Origin: Neoechinorhynchus agilis
Taxonomy: Eukaryota > Animalia > Acanthocephala
Length of the DNA: 64,000 bases
Assembly: GCA_051530055.1 (NCBI GenBank)
Contig: CM121341.1
Location: 2,718,151-2,782,150, forward strand
Direction: 5' to 3'
The notes under the pieces are model-generated. The model had not been told where the DNA came from. It saw nothing but the letters and a program-made list of their open reading frames with translations, and searched no databases. This document shows positions 1 to 13,082 of the stretch, in pieces. A program made the translations under genes and the position numbers. Every line of letters starts with the position of its first letter. The stretch's first letter is position 1.

Positions 1-429
1 TCTTGGGCGTTTCAGGTGCATCTACACTCGTCGTCGGATGTTTAAAGTGGAGCACTGGAGTTCTTTTATTCGGTGCTCTAAGTGGCTTCGTTTATTTTGG
101 ACTAAAATGATTATTCAAGGTATTTTTAGAAAGTTATTAGGATGTTGAAAAGATCGATCTTCTTATTTTGTCGCTTCACTTATCATGGCATTGAATTTTT
201 CAAATTTATTTCAATTTTTTTTAAAAATTTGATGTTCGGTCAATTGGCGAAGTGAACGCAATACTTCGATTACTGATTTAGCGCCAGCGGAGTGATTTTG
301 AGCTGAAAGGCCGCGTCGACGGACATTGCAGTTCAAGTTTTGCAATTTATCAGATTTTTCATCTTATATTTGACCAGGATGAAATTGCACTTGTCAAATG
401 GTCTGATGTGATTGCTTCCAAAATTAGGT

Positions 430-950
430 GACTTCAGGGCTTAGAATTTAAGAAATGCTGTAATAAGGTGACTTTGTTCACAAATGCCGCAAAGCAAAAT
501 GGTAAGCGGTTTAAGGAAATAGTTTCGCTAAAGCCCTTTTACATTAATCGGAACTGTTCAAGTTCAACAGAAGTGTTACAAGGATCCATTAACAACCGCT
601 GATCACGGGTTAACGAGATACCAATAGGAACGCAATTCGATACGGGAGCAGATGTCAGTTATACTCTGCAGATCGATTTGGAAATCTACCGGGAAGCCTA
701 AATTAAGAAAGAGAACGATTTTAACCAGCTTCGGTGGATCCAAATTATTGGTATAAAAGAATGCCATGGGTTTCTTACAGTGGCATTAACGCAATCGAAT
801 CCCACTGGCGGATGATGCTTAAACGAATAATACAGCTCCCCACTTTTTTAACAATGGCGCAATCTTGCGGTTTTATCAAAAGGGGCCTCGGATTTCGCTC
901 GATAAAACATTCAGTTGTAAACTTCCGCCGCCTCGCTGGTTGTAAATTAA
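430..950 (+). mobile_element. Decayed LTR-retrotransposon (Ty3/gypsy-like) gag-protease remnant
   Basis: 636-659 translates as F-D-T-G-A-D-V-S, a retropepsin D-T-G active-site motif. The surrounding frame has stops and no RT or integrase follows. Confidence 0.35.
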
Positions 951-1998
951 TCTAATCAACAGTTAATTAACTATGTTTATCAGGCTCTGGAGAAGCAAAA
1001 CTCCGAAATATTAGTCAATAATAACTTTGTTTCAGCCGTTTTAATTGCTTAAATAAGAACAATCGAAAAGATAACATGCGGTTGAGAAGTAAATTCACAA
1101 TCCACGAACTCACTAAGACGAGTATCAAATCTCGGAAAATATGTCGGGAGCACTTCGAGTTCAAGGAAACTGTGGATCACATTCCATCTCATGTGTTTGG
1201 TTATCTGTTAGATACCAAACAAGTCTTTATGGACGAATTAGAACACGGTTGAAAAGCGGCTCCAATTCAAGCGCTGGGAATTGATGCTGTTCCCTCAGGT
1301 GTGATAGAGATGTCAACGTTTTCACTTTCACGATTGCCATTTTCATTAAGAAAATTTTCGCGATTCAATTAAATGTCGAAGACCCTATTCTTTCATAAAC
1401 TGTGAATTTTCAACTAGAGCTACCCGTTTTCTATTTTTTTACGATAGCCAAAAATTAAATGATAGGCACATTTCTGTCATTTTTACCTTCATTAGAGTTT
1501 GAAATCGGCAATACAAGTAGTTGAGATATCTTTCTTAAAATAAGAGTTCCCTTGTAATAGTTCAAAATTCAAAACGTTTTGCCGAAATTTATTTCAAGTT
1601 TTAAAGAGTGACAGAAAGCACAAAAATTAGCTACGAACAGCGACTTTACAAAAAGAACTTAAACGGGTAGGATCAGGCAGAAAGCTGGGCGAAATTCAAT
1701 CTTGGGAATGCAGCAAGCCAAAATAGTGGAGACCTGTAGATGGATTAAAAAAGTAAAAAATTAAAAAAGGGGAAACCAAAAAGGCCGCAAACAATTCAAA
1801 ACGTGAGAGTACCGCTTGCGTAACTTACAAGCAGAAAGCCATTGGACGGACGCTCAGTGATCGCAGTGAAAAAACTTGCAAATAACGAAAGGCAATAAAC
1901 TGAATTGTCAACCCCGAAAGCAAAACTTACAAGCAATTATTCAACCCAAAACAATCCATAGGACACACACACAAACTCACTAACGCTCGTACTGGAGA

Positions 1999-4930
1999 AT
2001 GTCTTTTTGCGAACCTACTTCTTCCGGCATCGATGCTACGTCCGCCTCCAAGGTTTCCACAGGTTTGTGTAAGATCTGCTTAAAAAAAGTCAGAGTCACG
2101 AAATTGGGTCTCCTCCATGTTCACGGTCCCCGTTCTTCACGCTGCGAAGGGTCGGGCACGTCCCCTGAAGATATCAGCTCTTCCCCCCAAATTGTGAACT
2201 TGACTTTGATTCACAAAATCTTCCTCTAATTGTGAAGCTTTTTCGTGTCCTTCCCAATCACGTCCTCAAACGAATTCCTAAAGGCGCTCGGTACCAAGTA
2301 GGTTCCGCATTTGCGGACCTTTTAGATGAATGTGTCGTTAATAATAGCGCAATATCCTGGATGCGTTTGTTCGCCTTCCCTCGACTCGTATTATTCGCCG
2401 GTGAGTCCTCAGAGGAATCCTTGACATCAATGGCAAGTCCAGAGTCGTCAACTTCCCTGATAATTTCCTCGCTGTGCTCAAATCTGCCGAGGATCCAACA
2501 TCCCTTTCGACGAAATCTGAAGGTCCTCGTCGTTTTTCATCTAGACGCTTAGGAGAACGCGTATCGGCCAAGTTGTCCGACGGCGACATCCGTGGAGCCG
2601 TGCGCCTTCTCTCATCAACGGATACTTTTGCGGGGGACACAATTACCACTTTGAACGCTTTGCGGGAAAAACACCCACCTTCAGCCGTACCACCACTTCC
2701 TAGCTCACATTCCCCTTCACCGATAGATCTCAAACCGATAGATGTGGTCGAAATGAAAAGGGCCCTCTCCTCATTCGCCGGCGGTTCAAGTCACGGTCTA
2801 GACGGGCTCAGACCCCAACATCTAAAGGACTTAATCTCGGGGGGAGCGCATTGCGCTGCGGAAAAAGTCGCCAAGGCTTTGACCACTATAGTGAACCTCA
2901 TCGCTCGAGGCGACACGAATGCCACTGGAATACATTTCATGTTTTCGGCTTCCCTGTGTGCCCTTAATAAGAAGGACGGTGGGATTCGTCCCATAGCAAT
3001 CGGAACTACCCTTCGCCGTCTCACCGGAAAGATTCTGTCAAAAAGGGTCGCGGAAAAAGCAGGCCAGATCCTTAGGCCCGTCCAGCTCGGATGTTGCTCT
3101 CCTTGTGGAGCAGAGGCTATAGTCCACGCGCTGCGTTCTTTTATTAATTCTGGTAGGGGCGTTCAGGTAATCCTGAAGTGCGATTTCGCAAATGCCTTCA
3201 ACGCTATCGATCGAGGCATCTTAATCTCAGCAGTCGGAAACACTATTCCAGAGCTTCTCCCCTACTTTCAGTCAGCATATTGCTCTCACACCCCGCTCGT
3301 ATATAATAATGAACTAATCTGGTCTCAATCGGGTGTGCAGCAAGGGGACCCTCTGGGGCCTTTAGGTTTTGCTCTGACGACAAACAATCTGGCGCAATCT
3401 CTTCGATCACCATTCAACGCCTGGTATCTGGATGACGCTACTCTAGGAGGTTCCCCGTCTGAAGTCCTACAAGATATAACGGTTCTTTTAGAAGAATGTA
3501 AAAAAATTGGCCTCAAACTGAACCCAAGCAAGTGCGAAATTTTGGTTTTGAATTGTGGGGACGAGGAACGCGCACAAATTTTGAGAGAGTTTGAAAAGGC
3601 CGCACCTAATATCCGACTTATCTCCAAGTCCAGCTTAGAACTGCTGGGAAGCTGCGTTCTCGAGGAGAATATGCAGGCTGATATCAGGAAAATCAGACCT
3701 TCCATTGATATCATCTGATCAAGGGCCTCTGAACTTTTCCTCACGATGGTCTCTTCCTTTTAAAAAATTGCATCTTCATTCCACGCATCCTCCATAAACT
3801 GCGGTCAACCCCTTCCTTTCAATGTCAGCCCGAATTGAGAGAGATTGATGGTTCTTTAAGCGATGGTCTATGCAAGATCCTTAATATTAAGCTCCCCGAC
3901 ACTGGCTGGACCCAGGCATCTTTGCCCACAAGCCACGGAGGGATCGGTATTCGTGCCAGCTCAGCCATTGCGCTTCCAGCCTTTCTATCGTCTCTTAGTA
4001 GGTCCAAGCGCCTTTCCAGATTGATTTTGAAACATAATTTTGAGGAGGACATCAGCCTGGAGCCCGCTCTTCATCTTTGGATGTCCCTGTCTAACCTCGA
4101 CAAGATTCCAGACCTCCCGGAAAAACAGAAATCGTGGGACATTCCGTTAGTGGAGCGTGTTCACACCTCACTTTTTGACTCGCTCTCCGACGTGGATAGA
4201 ACGCGATTAACTGCAGTTTCCTGCAAAGAGTCCGGCGCCTGGTTGAAAGCTGTACCATCAGCAAATATCGGTTCGAGATTAGACGGCGAGGCTCTCAGAA
4301 TTGCAGTGTCCCTAAGGCTCGGGCTCCCGGTTTGTATCCCTCACACCTGCCGATGCGGGACGGAAGTCGACCCCTCGGGCAGGCACGGTTTAGCCTGTAA
4401 ACGCTCAAGTGGCCGTTTTGCTAGACACACCGAAATAAACGCATTGCTGAGCCGCGCTTTGAAAACGGCTAACTCTCCGAATATCCTCGAGCCTAGCAAC
4501 ATCTGCAGGATCGATGGCCGTAGGCCGGATGGAGTTACCGTTTTTCCTTGGAGCAGGGGCAGATGTCTAATATGGGACGCAACATGCGTCGACTCCCTTG
4601 CAGCCAGCAATCTGCGAGATGCATCCTCCGGGGCTGGGGGAGCCGCATCAGCAGCTGAGCTTCGTAAGGTTGCAAAATACGCCGATTTTACAAATTCTTA
4701 TCATTTTGTCCCCTTCGCAGTAGAAACCTTAGGAGCTTTCGGACGTGCGGCGAGGAGTTTTGTTCTCGAACTGGGGCATCGCCTGATCAACTCGACCAAT
4801 GACAGGAGGGCTCGCTCGTTCCTAGTACAGAACATATCCTTGGCTATCCAGCGAGGAAACGCAGCGAGTGTCTTGGGGACGGTGAAGGACAATTCAGAAT
4901 AATATAAGTTAACTTTTATAAAAAAAAATA
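1999..4930 (+). mobile_element. CRE-clade non-LTR retrotransposon, near full length, with 2-3 lesions (CRE copy 1)
   Basis: N-terminal Zn finger (CKIC...HVH) and KRIPKGAR; RT motifs GGIRPIAIG, DFANAFN, GVQQGDPLGP, WYLDD; C-terminal CRC...H...C knuckle and REL nuclease (RPDG, WDATC, FVPFAVETLG, IQRGNA). A-rich tail after the stop at 4902. Split over ORFs 1999-2229, 2232-2552, 2474-3718 and 3835-4902. Confidence 0.85.
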
Positions 4931-5149
4931 AATGCTTATTATTTTAAAAGGCCAAAAAAACTTAGGCGAAATCAAATCTTGAGAGAGACGTTTTGCTCAA
5001 TGGGCTAAGACAACATTCAATAAAGTACAAAGCTTCGATTGGATCCTACAAAGCAGAGTTGTATGCAAGGTCTGTCCGATTTTAATGGCTCTTGCAAATT
5101 TAGTGATCTTTCACTGTTATGACTTTTGACGAAATATAACAGTGAGATT

Positions 5150-5820
5150 TCCGACGTTAATAATATAGCTGTCGTTTATCGATTATATTCATTTAGTTCA
5201 TCTCAACGCGCTGCCCATCTCAGCATCCTCATTTCGTTCGTTTCTAATCTTATGAGGTCATTTCGCTTGATCGTCCACGTTTCGGCTTCATATGACATGG
5301 CTGGTCGCAGAACGCTGTCGGACACCCACTCTTTCAGTTTCGGTGAGACCCTATTGTCGCATAGTACACTAGTCATCTTTCACCAGTTATTTCGGGTTCG
5401 ACGGAATTTGTCATATTTACTTCGCTGCCGAGATATTTCACTGTTCTTCTCATCGTCAAATTCACACCTTCTAACTTTAACGTTTCCGGTCCCATGCATA
5501 TGGTCTTCAACCAGTTTACCTTAACATCGTTAGTTCCCAAAACCTTAAGTCACCCTTCCAGACTTCGCTGAGCCTCTTCACGTGCTTCAGCTGTCACAAT
5601 CAAGTCACCCGCGAACAATAGCGCCCATGGAGGCTTTCGGGCGATTTGCTCAGTATTCAAGACATCCGTGGTCATGACGAATATCAACGGGCTGAGGGCT
5701 GATCCCTGATGCAATCCAACTATAACCTCAAAATAGTTCTGGCACAAGTGCAGGATCTTTCGGCACGCCCATATTAGGTCTCTCGGCACTGTATCATAGG
5801 CTTTCTCGAGGTCCACGGAT
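5150..5820 (-). mobile_element. RTE-clade LINE reverse-transcriptase fragment
   Basis: DLEKAYDTVPRDLIW, VGLHQGSALSPLIF and PPWALLFAGD, then thumb-region VLCDNRVSPKLK...RPAMSYEAETW...EMRMLRW. Confidence 0.8.
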
Positions 5821-6024
5821 GTTGGACTACAACGATTTCAATGTCCAGCCATCCGCCCTAACAACGTTTTATAAATGCCAAAATTATTATGTTAAAGCTT
5901 TAGATTGGTGTTCTAAGGCCACAGGAAACAATTAAATGGTTGAATTCCTTTCTTAACAATCGATTACAATTTATGAAAATAGGCAGCTTCGCCTAGAGCA
6001 TCTTGGCAATCAACATGGGTTCCC
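5384..6024. repeat. Duplicated block A (RTE/L2 junction), second copy 33875-34515
   Basis: Near-identical 641-bp segments that share the same RTE-to-L2 junction. Confidence 0.95.
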
Positions 6025-6695
6025 TAAGGAGCTGTTCTCTCCCTCATTCCTTTCAACATTTTTTTCCTGAATGATCCTTTCCCATCCTCTTCTAATTCTA
6101 AATACTTCTTGTGTGCTGATGATCCTACAATCATTACGAATGCACCGGCTCCCTTGTCACTCTCAATTACTCCTAACGAGATTTCTAGCGTACATGCCTT
6201 TTGCTCCTCTAAATGTCTAAAGCTTAACCTCAATTAGCCCTTCCGATCAATCACTTCTTCCTTCTGTTCGTATCAATTTTCAAGAAAATCCAAAGTGAAA
6301 CAAGCACATATCAGTTTTGTTGCATAAAGGTTCTATTAAACTCTATATACTTAAACGCCGTCAACGCTCACCTACTGACAACCCACCTTTTGCAACTTTT
6401 CTTACTACCTTTTCCAAAAACTTAATACCTTTAACCAGAGATGCGCTCTAGTCTTCACTGAATTCATAGAAAAACACCTCTCTCTAAACCGTCAAAAGCA
6501 CTCAAGGCGCCTTCATTTTCCTCCGCCTCAACTTTTACAACACATTTCTCCTTTTACTCACACTTACAACATTCGCCCAATAATATTTTCTATCCTTAAG
6601 TTCCTCGCACAAATCTCTACCTCTGCTCTGTCTTCCCCACTGCTCAATCTTCCAAATGCGAATTGATTCGGAGGAAAGAACGGAAGGCAACAAAT
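5830..6695 (+). mobile_element. L2/CR1-like LINE RT 3' fragment
   Basis: Frameshifted WLNSFLNNRLQFMKIG...GAVLSP...YFLCADD...LKLN. 6095-6690 is similar to 61310-61735. Confidence 0.6.
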
Positions 6696-6699
6696 AACA

Positions 6700-6975
6700 A
6701 TTAACCAACCAAAATCAAATAAACCAAAATCAACCGACATACCAAAAACAATTTTTACCAACCATTGGCCAAGAAAAAATTCTTCGGATCTCTCAACGAA
6801 TCCTAAAGTAGTCCGAAATCAATCCATTGCAAAAAGGGCTCACGAGGACCCAAATATACATGGATCCTTTTCTTTGTTAATTATAAAATTAACAAATAAA
6901 CATTTTATTTTAAGGTGGCTTCAGGATTAAAATTTGAAGCAACTAATAGCCGATATATTGATCGAAATTACGGTT
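6700..6975. repeat. Duplicated block B, second copy about 13083-13390
   Basis: Shared sequence from aattaaccaaccaaaatcaaataaacc to gatcgaaattacggtt, with indels. Confidence 0.9.
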
Positions 6976-7467
6976 AGTTTGAATTGCCAATCTGGTGAAC
7001 TCGTTTTATCCTTTACCCATTCGCTCTAACAGGTCACTACATCAGTCTACTTTGAAACTTTATCGAGCTTTTAGATGGAATTCGTATAGATGATTTCGCC
7101 TAAGCCGAACGTCGGCTTCTTTGGTAACTCCTGATCTGGTCTGCGGAGGGAATACCCCTGGCTTTCAGATGCCTAACAAAGAAGCTTCCTTTAACGAAAA
7201 GACAAACTCCAGCCTTTTATAATGCTGCAACGATGGCTCAGACAACTCTGAAACTATAAAAGTACCAGCAACCTGACAATGTACTCTGGCGTCCATCAAA
7301 GTTGCAAGGAGCGCTCCCGAAGATTAAATGGACTACATCGAGGCGTAAACTTTTTGAGATTTATACAACGAAGTTGAAGAGTCAAAATCTGTCAGGTTTG
7401 CACCAAAAAATGACGATCGACGTATAAAAATTATAAGCGCGTTTCTTTCGTTTTTCATGGTTTTTCG
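6976..7467. repeat. Duplicated block C plus start of block D, second copy 34808-35300
   Basis: Near-identical from gtttgaattgccaatctggtg to gtttttcgct. Confidence 0.95.
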
Positions 7468-7662
7468 CTCGATTAATTTTCCGATTTACAAAGAAATTTT
7501 AGTTGAAAAGGCGAGTTTGTTCTTCAATGAAATTTTATTAGAAATCATAGATACGTTCTTTATTATCAAAAGACGTCTTAATCCTTAACTTGAACTCCCT
7601 GGTGGCTTCCATTTATCCATCTGATTTAAGTTTCTAGATCACCATTTCCGATCAACGGAAAC

Positions 7663-8118
7663 TCATACTGATTCTCGGTGGCCGTTTGCCATCACTTGAT
7701 TCTCCTGTTCGTAGATTCTTGAATTGTTCCGTTGAACTACTTCAGATACATTTCCATTTAGATGAGGACGCTGAATCCTTAATTCCTCGACAATTTGTTG
7801 TCGTCCTTTTGGTCGCCACAGTGGACCACTCGTAATGCTATCACTGATCGCCCAAAACGATTTCCTCGGTCTTCCTCGAACAGGAATTTTCCTGAATCTT
7901 CGACAAAAAGACAGTGTATTCCTGATTGCTCCTTTCCATGACTTGCTATCTGTCCCTTGTTTGAAATATGGGAAATTCTCCTGAATCCATACGTAGATTT
8001 CATTGACCCGCAATCTTCCGGTCAAACTGTTCTCGATCGCTGCTTCTATTAAATCCGCATAACTTGCGTGGTCCCATTCGCTGATTGCGCCGTTAACTAT
8101 TTCTGCAGGGGAATGCAT
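7663..8118 (-). CDS. 151-aa forkhead-domain protein, FoxO-like, copy 1
   Basis: SYADLIEAAIENS...IYVWIQENFPYFKQGTDSKSWKGAIRNTLSF...KSFW aligns with the FoxO winged helix (SYADLITKAIESS...[24 protein letters not shown]). ATG start, intronless. Confidence 0.85.
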   Translation of the reverse strand: MHSPAEIVNGAISEWDHASYADLIEAAIENSLTGRLRVNEIYVWIQENFPYFKQGTDSKSWKGAIRNTLSFCRRFRKIPVRGRPRKSFWAISDSITSGPLWRPKGRQQIVEELRIQRPHLNGNVSEVVQRNNSRIYEQENQVMANGHRESV

Positions 8119-9179
8119 TTGATCGGGGTCAGAACAACACCAAGAGAGAGTTCACTTTGAACATATCCGAATCGTTCGGCTTTATCCGTAAATCGCTGTG
8201 AACAAACAATGGTAAATAAATGGACAAATATTTATCAGCATCGAGGTTGGTGTTTTAGATACCATTTTGTTGGAGTTCTTTGCTTTGTTGACTTAAAATG
8301 TGCTTATTAAACTTCGTTTCTTGGCAGATCGCCGAAGATCAACTGATTAATCAGCGTTCTAACTTTTTTGGCATTAAATAATGATTCTTATTAATCGATT
8401 ATTTAATCAAATCAATATTTAATTTTGTGTTTATTATCGGTCTCGGTCAATGGATGCGCCGGCGCTTCGTTAAGATTATAAAAATTGACGAAGGAAAGGA
8501 CAACAAGTAAATAAAACTTTTCGAAGTGTTCTTTTCTTAATCGCGTTTTTATTGCTCTTTCTGTCTCCACAAAATTTTGGATCGATTTTAGGTGCCATTT
8601 TCAACGATAAACATTCTTTTATTGTGTGCTCGCTGCTGTGAAGGAAATCAATATATTCGATGAAAGGTATTCAAAATCAATTTTATATAATACTTTTCTA
8701 AAAAATCTTTCTCCTAAAAAACTTTTAAGAGTCATTGGTATAGTAAAGAATTAAAAATTGTCTTATGCTTTGTTTTGTGATATAAGAAAAACCGCATCGA
8801 AGGTAAAGCCGCAAAATTCAGGTCGAAATAATTTTTGGGCCTTTAAACTATAGCGACCAATAACTGAATTCCGATTGTGTTTTCTTGTCTGTTGTATCAA
8901 ATAATCAATATACTAAAATGCTTATTAAATCTTAATTTATAACAATAAAAACAACGGCATTCTTTTGGTCTTTTGATCTTAAGCAGAATTAGTGCTTAAA
9001 AAGTTTGTTAATTCATTGAATTTAAGTTTTAAATTCTCCTAAGAACGTCAATAAATCACTCTTTTTCTACATTTGAAGGAGGAATCAGGGTATCGACGAA
9101 CGGCAATTAGGAGCGCGGACCATGTTCTCGCAACTGAGTACACGCTAATCTCTCTCGCACTCAAGCACATTCAATCGTC

Positions 9180-9989
9180 TTAAGAATTCCTCATTCTGGG
9201 GCAATGAGCGATTCTGTGTCCATACTCCCCGCAATTATAACAATTTCCGCGAAAAAATCTCGGTGGTGATCCGTATCGATGTGGTAGTTGTTGCCTTGGC
9301 AGTCGCGTATTTCTGCGAGGTACGCTGGGATTCCCTCTTGTTCTCTGGCCATTTGCCGCCTGCCTTGGTGGTGGCGACGACGCTGGATGATTGACGTTTG
9401 CAGTGGTCCTACCGATTCCAACAACCGATGGATACTCTTCACCGCCCGAACCGTATGACCGATTAAGCTCTCCCTCAATTTGTGAATTTTGCGTTGGCGA
9501 TGCATACCGGGCACCCGATATATTCGATAAATTTTCCACCATTTCCCCAATTGATCTTAAGTCGTCGGATTCAAGATGCCGATTATATTCAAAATGTGAA
9601 GACGATTCACTAAACTCTCCATCGTCTTCATTCGATGAGTCCTCGTCCACTACTTGAAATAGTGCGAGAATATCTCTAGGAACTTGTCCTTCAGGATCTG
9701 CTGGTGACGACCTTGATCGTATACATAGTTCTCGTTCCCATTTTTGTTCAATGGATAAAGTTTCCAAGATGTGATCGATTGCATGGATGAGGCCGATGTT
9801 TCTCGCAAGGCATTTGATAGGAGATCGACAATTCGGGCAAGTTGCCGATATTTCCTGGATACTTCTGGTCACACACCAGTGGCAAAACGAGTGGCCGCAA
9901 GGTTGTACAACCACAGGAGAGATGAAATAGTTAGTACAAATCGGACATTCCAAGGAAGAAGCTATTTTATCCAAAACGCCTTTACTCAT
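9180..9989 (-). CDS. RING-finger (C3HC4, RNF8/CHFR-like) protein with C-terminal CCHC zinc knuckle, 269 aa
   Basis: CPIC...PCGHSFCHWC...CPNC followed by a helix (LIHAIDHILETLSIEQKWERE), and C-terminal CYNCGEYGHRIAHC. Likely start is the ATG at 9989 (MSKGV); the longer track ORF is read-through into CRE sequence. Confidence 0.8.
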   Translation of the reverse strand: MSKGVLDKIASSLECPICTNYFISPVVVQPCGHSFCHWCVTRSIQEISATCPNCRSPIKCLARNIGLIHAIDHILETLSIEQKWERELCIRSRSSPADPEGQVPRDILALFQVVDEDSSNEDDGEFSESSSHFEYNRHLESDDLRSIGEMVENLSNISGARYASPTQNSQIEGELNRSYGSGGEEYPSVVGIGRTTANVNHPASSPPPRQAANGQRTRGNPSVPRRNTRLPRQQLPHRYGSPPRFFRGNCYNCGEYGHRIAHCPRMRNS

Positions 9990-10162
9990 GCATGAACCCG
10001 AACAGCGCAAAAACTTACGAGCAATCGAAAAACTTACAATACCCCATACAAGCAATACAAAGATTGTGGAGTAATTGCAAACAATCATAAAGCAAATAAC
10101 AAAATATATCTTGATACCCGAGCAAACAAACGAAAAGGAGGAATTTGTGAACGAAACATTCA

Positions 10163-13082
10163 ATGACGTCTTTACCGAATCACAAGCACGGAAGAATAGT
10201 AACACACAGGTTTCTGAGCTCGGATCCCTCCATGGACCCGAGCAGTAAGGACTGTTCCAATTTGGCTGGTTGTATCGCTGCACAAGATGATGATGCACAC
10301 AAACCTACAGGACACTGTTCAGTATGCGGTCGTAAATTCGGATTGACCTCGATGGATTTAATTAGGAAACACGGTCCATTGAAAACGAGATGTCTTGGCT
10401 CTTCCACCTTCACCTCCACAATCCTTCAGTGGTGGTCAACCTGACTCAGTATCTCCAATCGTCTCCCTGATCGGCACCTTGCCACAAAACATATTAAAAA
10501 GGATCCCAAAAGGCGCGAGATACCAATGTGCGAGGTTCTATTCGACACTGCTCTCGAAGTGCGGCTCTGAGCCGATCAAAGCTAACTACTTGCGGTTATT
10601 CGCCTTTCCTCGAATAATCTTGAACACAAACCGCGACTCGGACAGTAATCTCACCTGTACGATCAAAAAGCGACTCACGGATTATGACAATTTATTTGGG
10701 ATAAGCTTGAGTAGATCTATGGAGTCGCCTTCAATCGAAGCTAAACGCCCAAAATGCTCAAACCAACGTTCTCTCCTTGCCAAGAGAGTCTCTGCAAAAC
10801 TGGTGCAGTTCGGTTGCTAAGTTCGACGGGCTCATTTGCTAGAAGTGATCAGTGCACACTTGATGCACTTAGGGGTAAACACCCCGTCGGCAATCCCCCT
10901 TCCTTACCTGAAGTCCCTACTGAGGCCAGTTTCCAATGCGATATCTCAGAGTTAAGAAAAGCAATCGCCTCCTTCCCGAACGGCTCTGGACATAGTCCCG
11001 ATGGTCTTCGCCCTCAACATTAGAAAGACATGCTCAGTTTAGGAGCAGCAGCTGCTGGATCAACTCTTGAAGCATCCCTAAGGGATTTCACGGAACAAAT
11101 CATCAACGGTATCCCACCTCCCGAGGCGACAAGCTTCCTCTTTTCAGCCACACTATGCGCCTTATCCAAAACGAATGGTGACATTCGTCCGATTGCTGTG
11201 GGATGTACAATACGACGTTTGGCTGCTAAATTATTGTCCAAAAGATTTTACGATGACGTTGGACGTCAACTCCGTCCCTATTGACTTGGGTGCTGCACTC
11301 CATGTGGAGCTGAATCGATCGTCCATGCGACAAGATCTTTCATCAGACAATCGAGCACATTGAACGCAGTGCTTAAGGTGGATTTCAGCAACGCCTTTAA
11401 TTCAGTCGATCGCTCGGCCCTACTGAAAACAGTTGCTGTTAGCCCTCCTGGAGCATATCGTTATTTTCAGATCGCATATGGCACCAAGACCCCTTTATTC
11501 TTCGACCACCACACCATTTGGTCAGAAACCGGTGTACAACAGGGAGATCATCTGAGTCCGATTGGGTTTGCTTTGATAACGAACGATATCATCCGGATGC
11601 TTAACTCAAAACTAAACGTGTGGTATCTAGACGACGCGACAATTGGTGGAGATCCGGCAGTAGTCCTAGATGATTTGAAGAGGCTGATCATCGCCACATC
11701 GAAAATCGGATTAACTGTGAACTCGTCGAAATGTGAGCTAATGCTAATCAATGCAAACCAATCGGATAGAGATGCAATTTACAGCTCCTTTCTTGATATC
11801 GCTCCGGGAATACGACTCATTGAACGGGATCGTTTCTCTCTTCTTGGTAGCTGTGTCCTTAGTTCGAACGTTGAGAGGGAAATCGATGAAGTATTGCCTG
11901 ATTTGGAACGCTTGTGCAGTCGAACATGTGAGCTTGGCTCTCATGAAGCCCTATTCCTTTTGAGGAATTGTTTATGCATGCCAAAAATGCTGTATAAGTT
12001 AAGAGCGGCCCCATACTTCGAGCACTAACATAAGCTTCGACAGATTGATTCAATGCTGAGGAGACAACTACAACGCATCACGAACTCCCAGCTTTCAAAT
12101 GAGGCATGGCAACAAGCAATACTGCTTATAGAATACGGTGGATTGGGCCTTCGGAGCGTAGTCGAATTAGCACTTCCAGCTTTCCTCGCATCGGTCACCA
12201 AAACAAAAAATATAACCAATGTTATATTGCAGCAGACCGATATCTCGACGGATGATGTCGAACGTCGTGGAGTTTCCTCGTGGCTCATCAAGACCGATCT
12301 TGATCAAGTTCCAGAAAATGGTCACAAACAGCCTGTTTGGGATAAACCCTCGTAGAGAGAGCCTATAATTCCTTGAAAGGGCATCTCGACTCGGTGCCTC
12401 AAACACGGCTAGTGACGAGCTCTTCTAAGGAGTCTGGAGCTTGGTTAAATGCGCTGCCAATCAGACCTTTAGGCACACACCTTGACGACGAGTCGGTGAG
12501 GGTGGCTGTCGGGTTGAGGCTTGGCATACCTCTATGCATACCCCACAAATGTCGATGTGGTTCAGTAGTTGAAGAGTCAGGTAGACATGGCCTTCAGGAC
12601 GCTCCACTCAAACCGAACCACCTGTGTCGCTCAGATGGCAAACGTCCCGATGGGATGACCATATTCCCGTGGAAAGAGGGAAATGCCTTATCTGGGACGC
12701 CACATGCGTCGATTCGTTAGCACCCTCCAACCGAAGTGATGCAATATCAGGACCGGGAGGAGCTGCGACGGCGGCCGAAAGGAGGAAGACAGCGAAATAC
12801 GCTGAGCTGGAAAAGACTCACCTATTCCTTCCTTTCGGTGTGGAGACAAATGGGGCGTTTGGAGTTTCGGCAAAGAAATTTTGCGCGGAGATAGGCCGAC
12901 TACTCATAAAAGCCAGCGGAGATCACAGACAAAGGAACTACCTCATCCAACGCTTGGGTGTGGCTATTCAACGGGGCAACACGGCGAGCGTGATAACAAC
13001 GGCCCAATGGAGTTGCGCGGAATGAGGGATATAATGAAAACTAAAAGATTGAATTATAATAAAAATTGGGATAAGAAAAAAA
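10163..13082 (+). mobile_element. CRE-clade non-LTR retrotransposon, degenerate (CRE copy 2)
   Basis: CSVCGRKF Zn finger, KRIPKGAR, DIRPIAVG, DFSNAFN, GVQQGD, WYLDD, CRCG...H, RPDG, ETNG, IQRGN. Many stops and frameshifts; A-rich end near 13080. Confidence 0.85.

Noticed and set aside
1215-1270. Minus-strand LEPLFNRVLIR resembling the Hsp10 N-terminus
   Set aside because: A stop follows immediately and there is no further similarity.
2338-4892. Minus-strand ORFs overlapping CRE copy 1, and similar shadow ORFs over KIF23, CLPB, the RING gene, forkhead copies and other LINEs
   Set aside because: They are antisense or alternate-frame shadows of recognisable coding sequence, with no motifs of their own and often non-ATG starts.
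9990-10298. N-terminal 103 aa of the 372-aa track ORF as part of the RING protein
   Set aside because: It is antisense read-through of the CRE 5' region, and an in-frame ATG at 9989 sits just before the RING domain.
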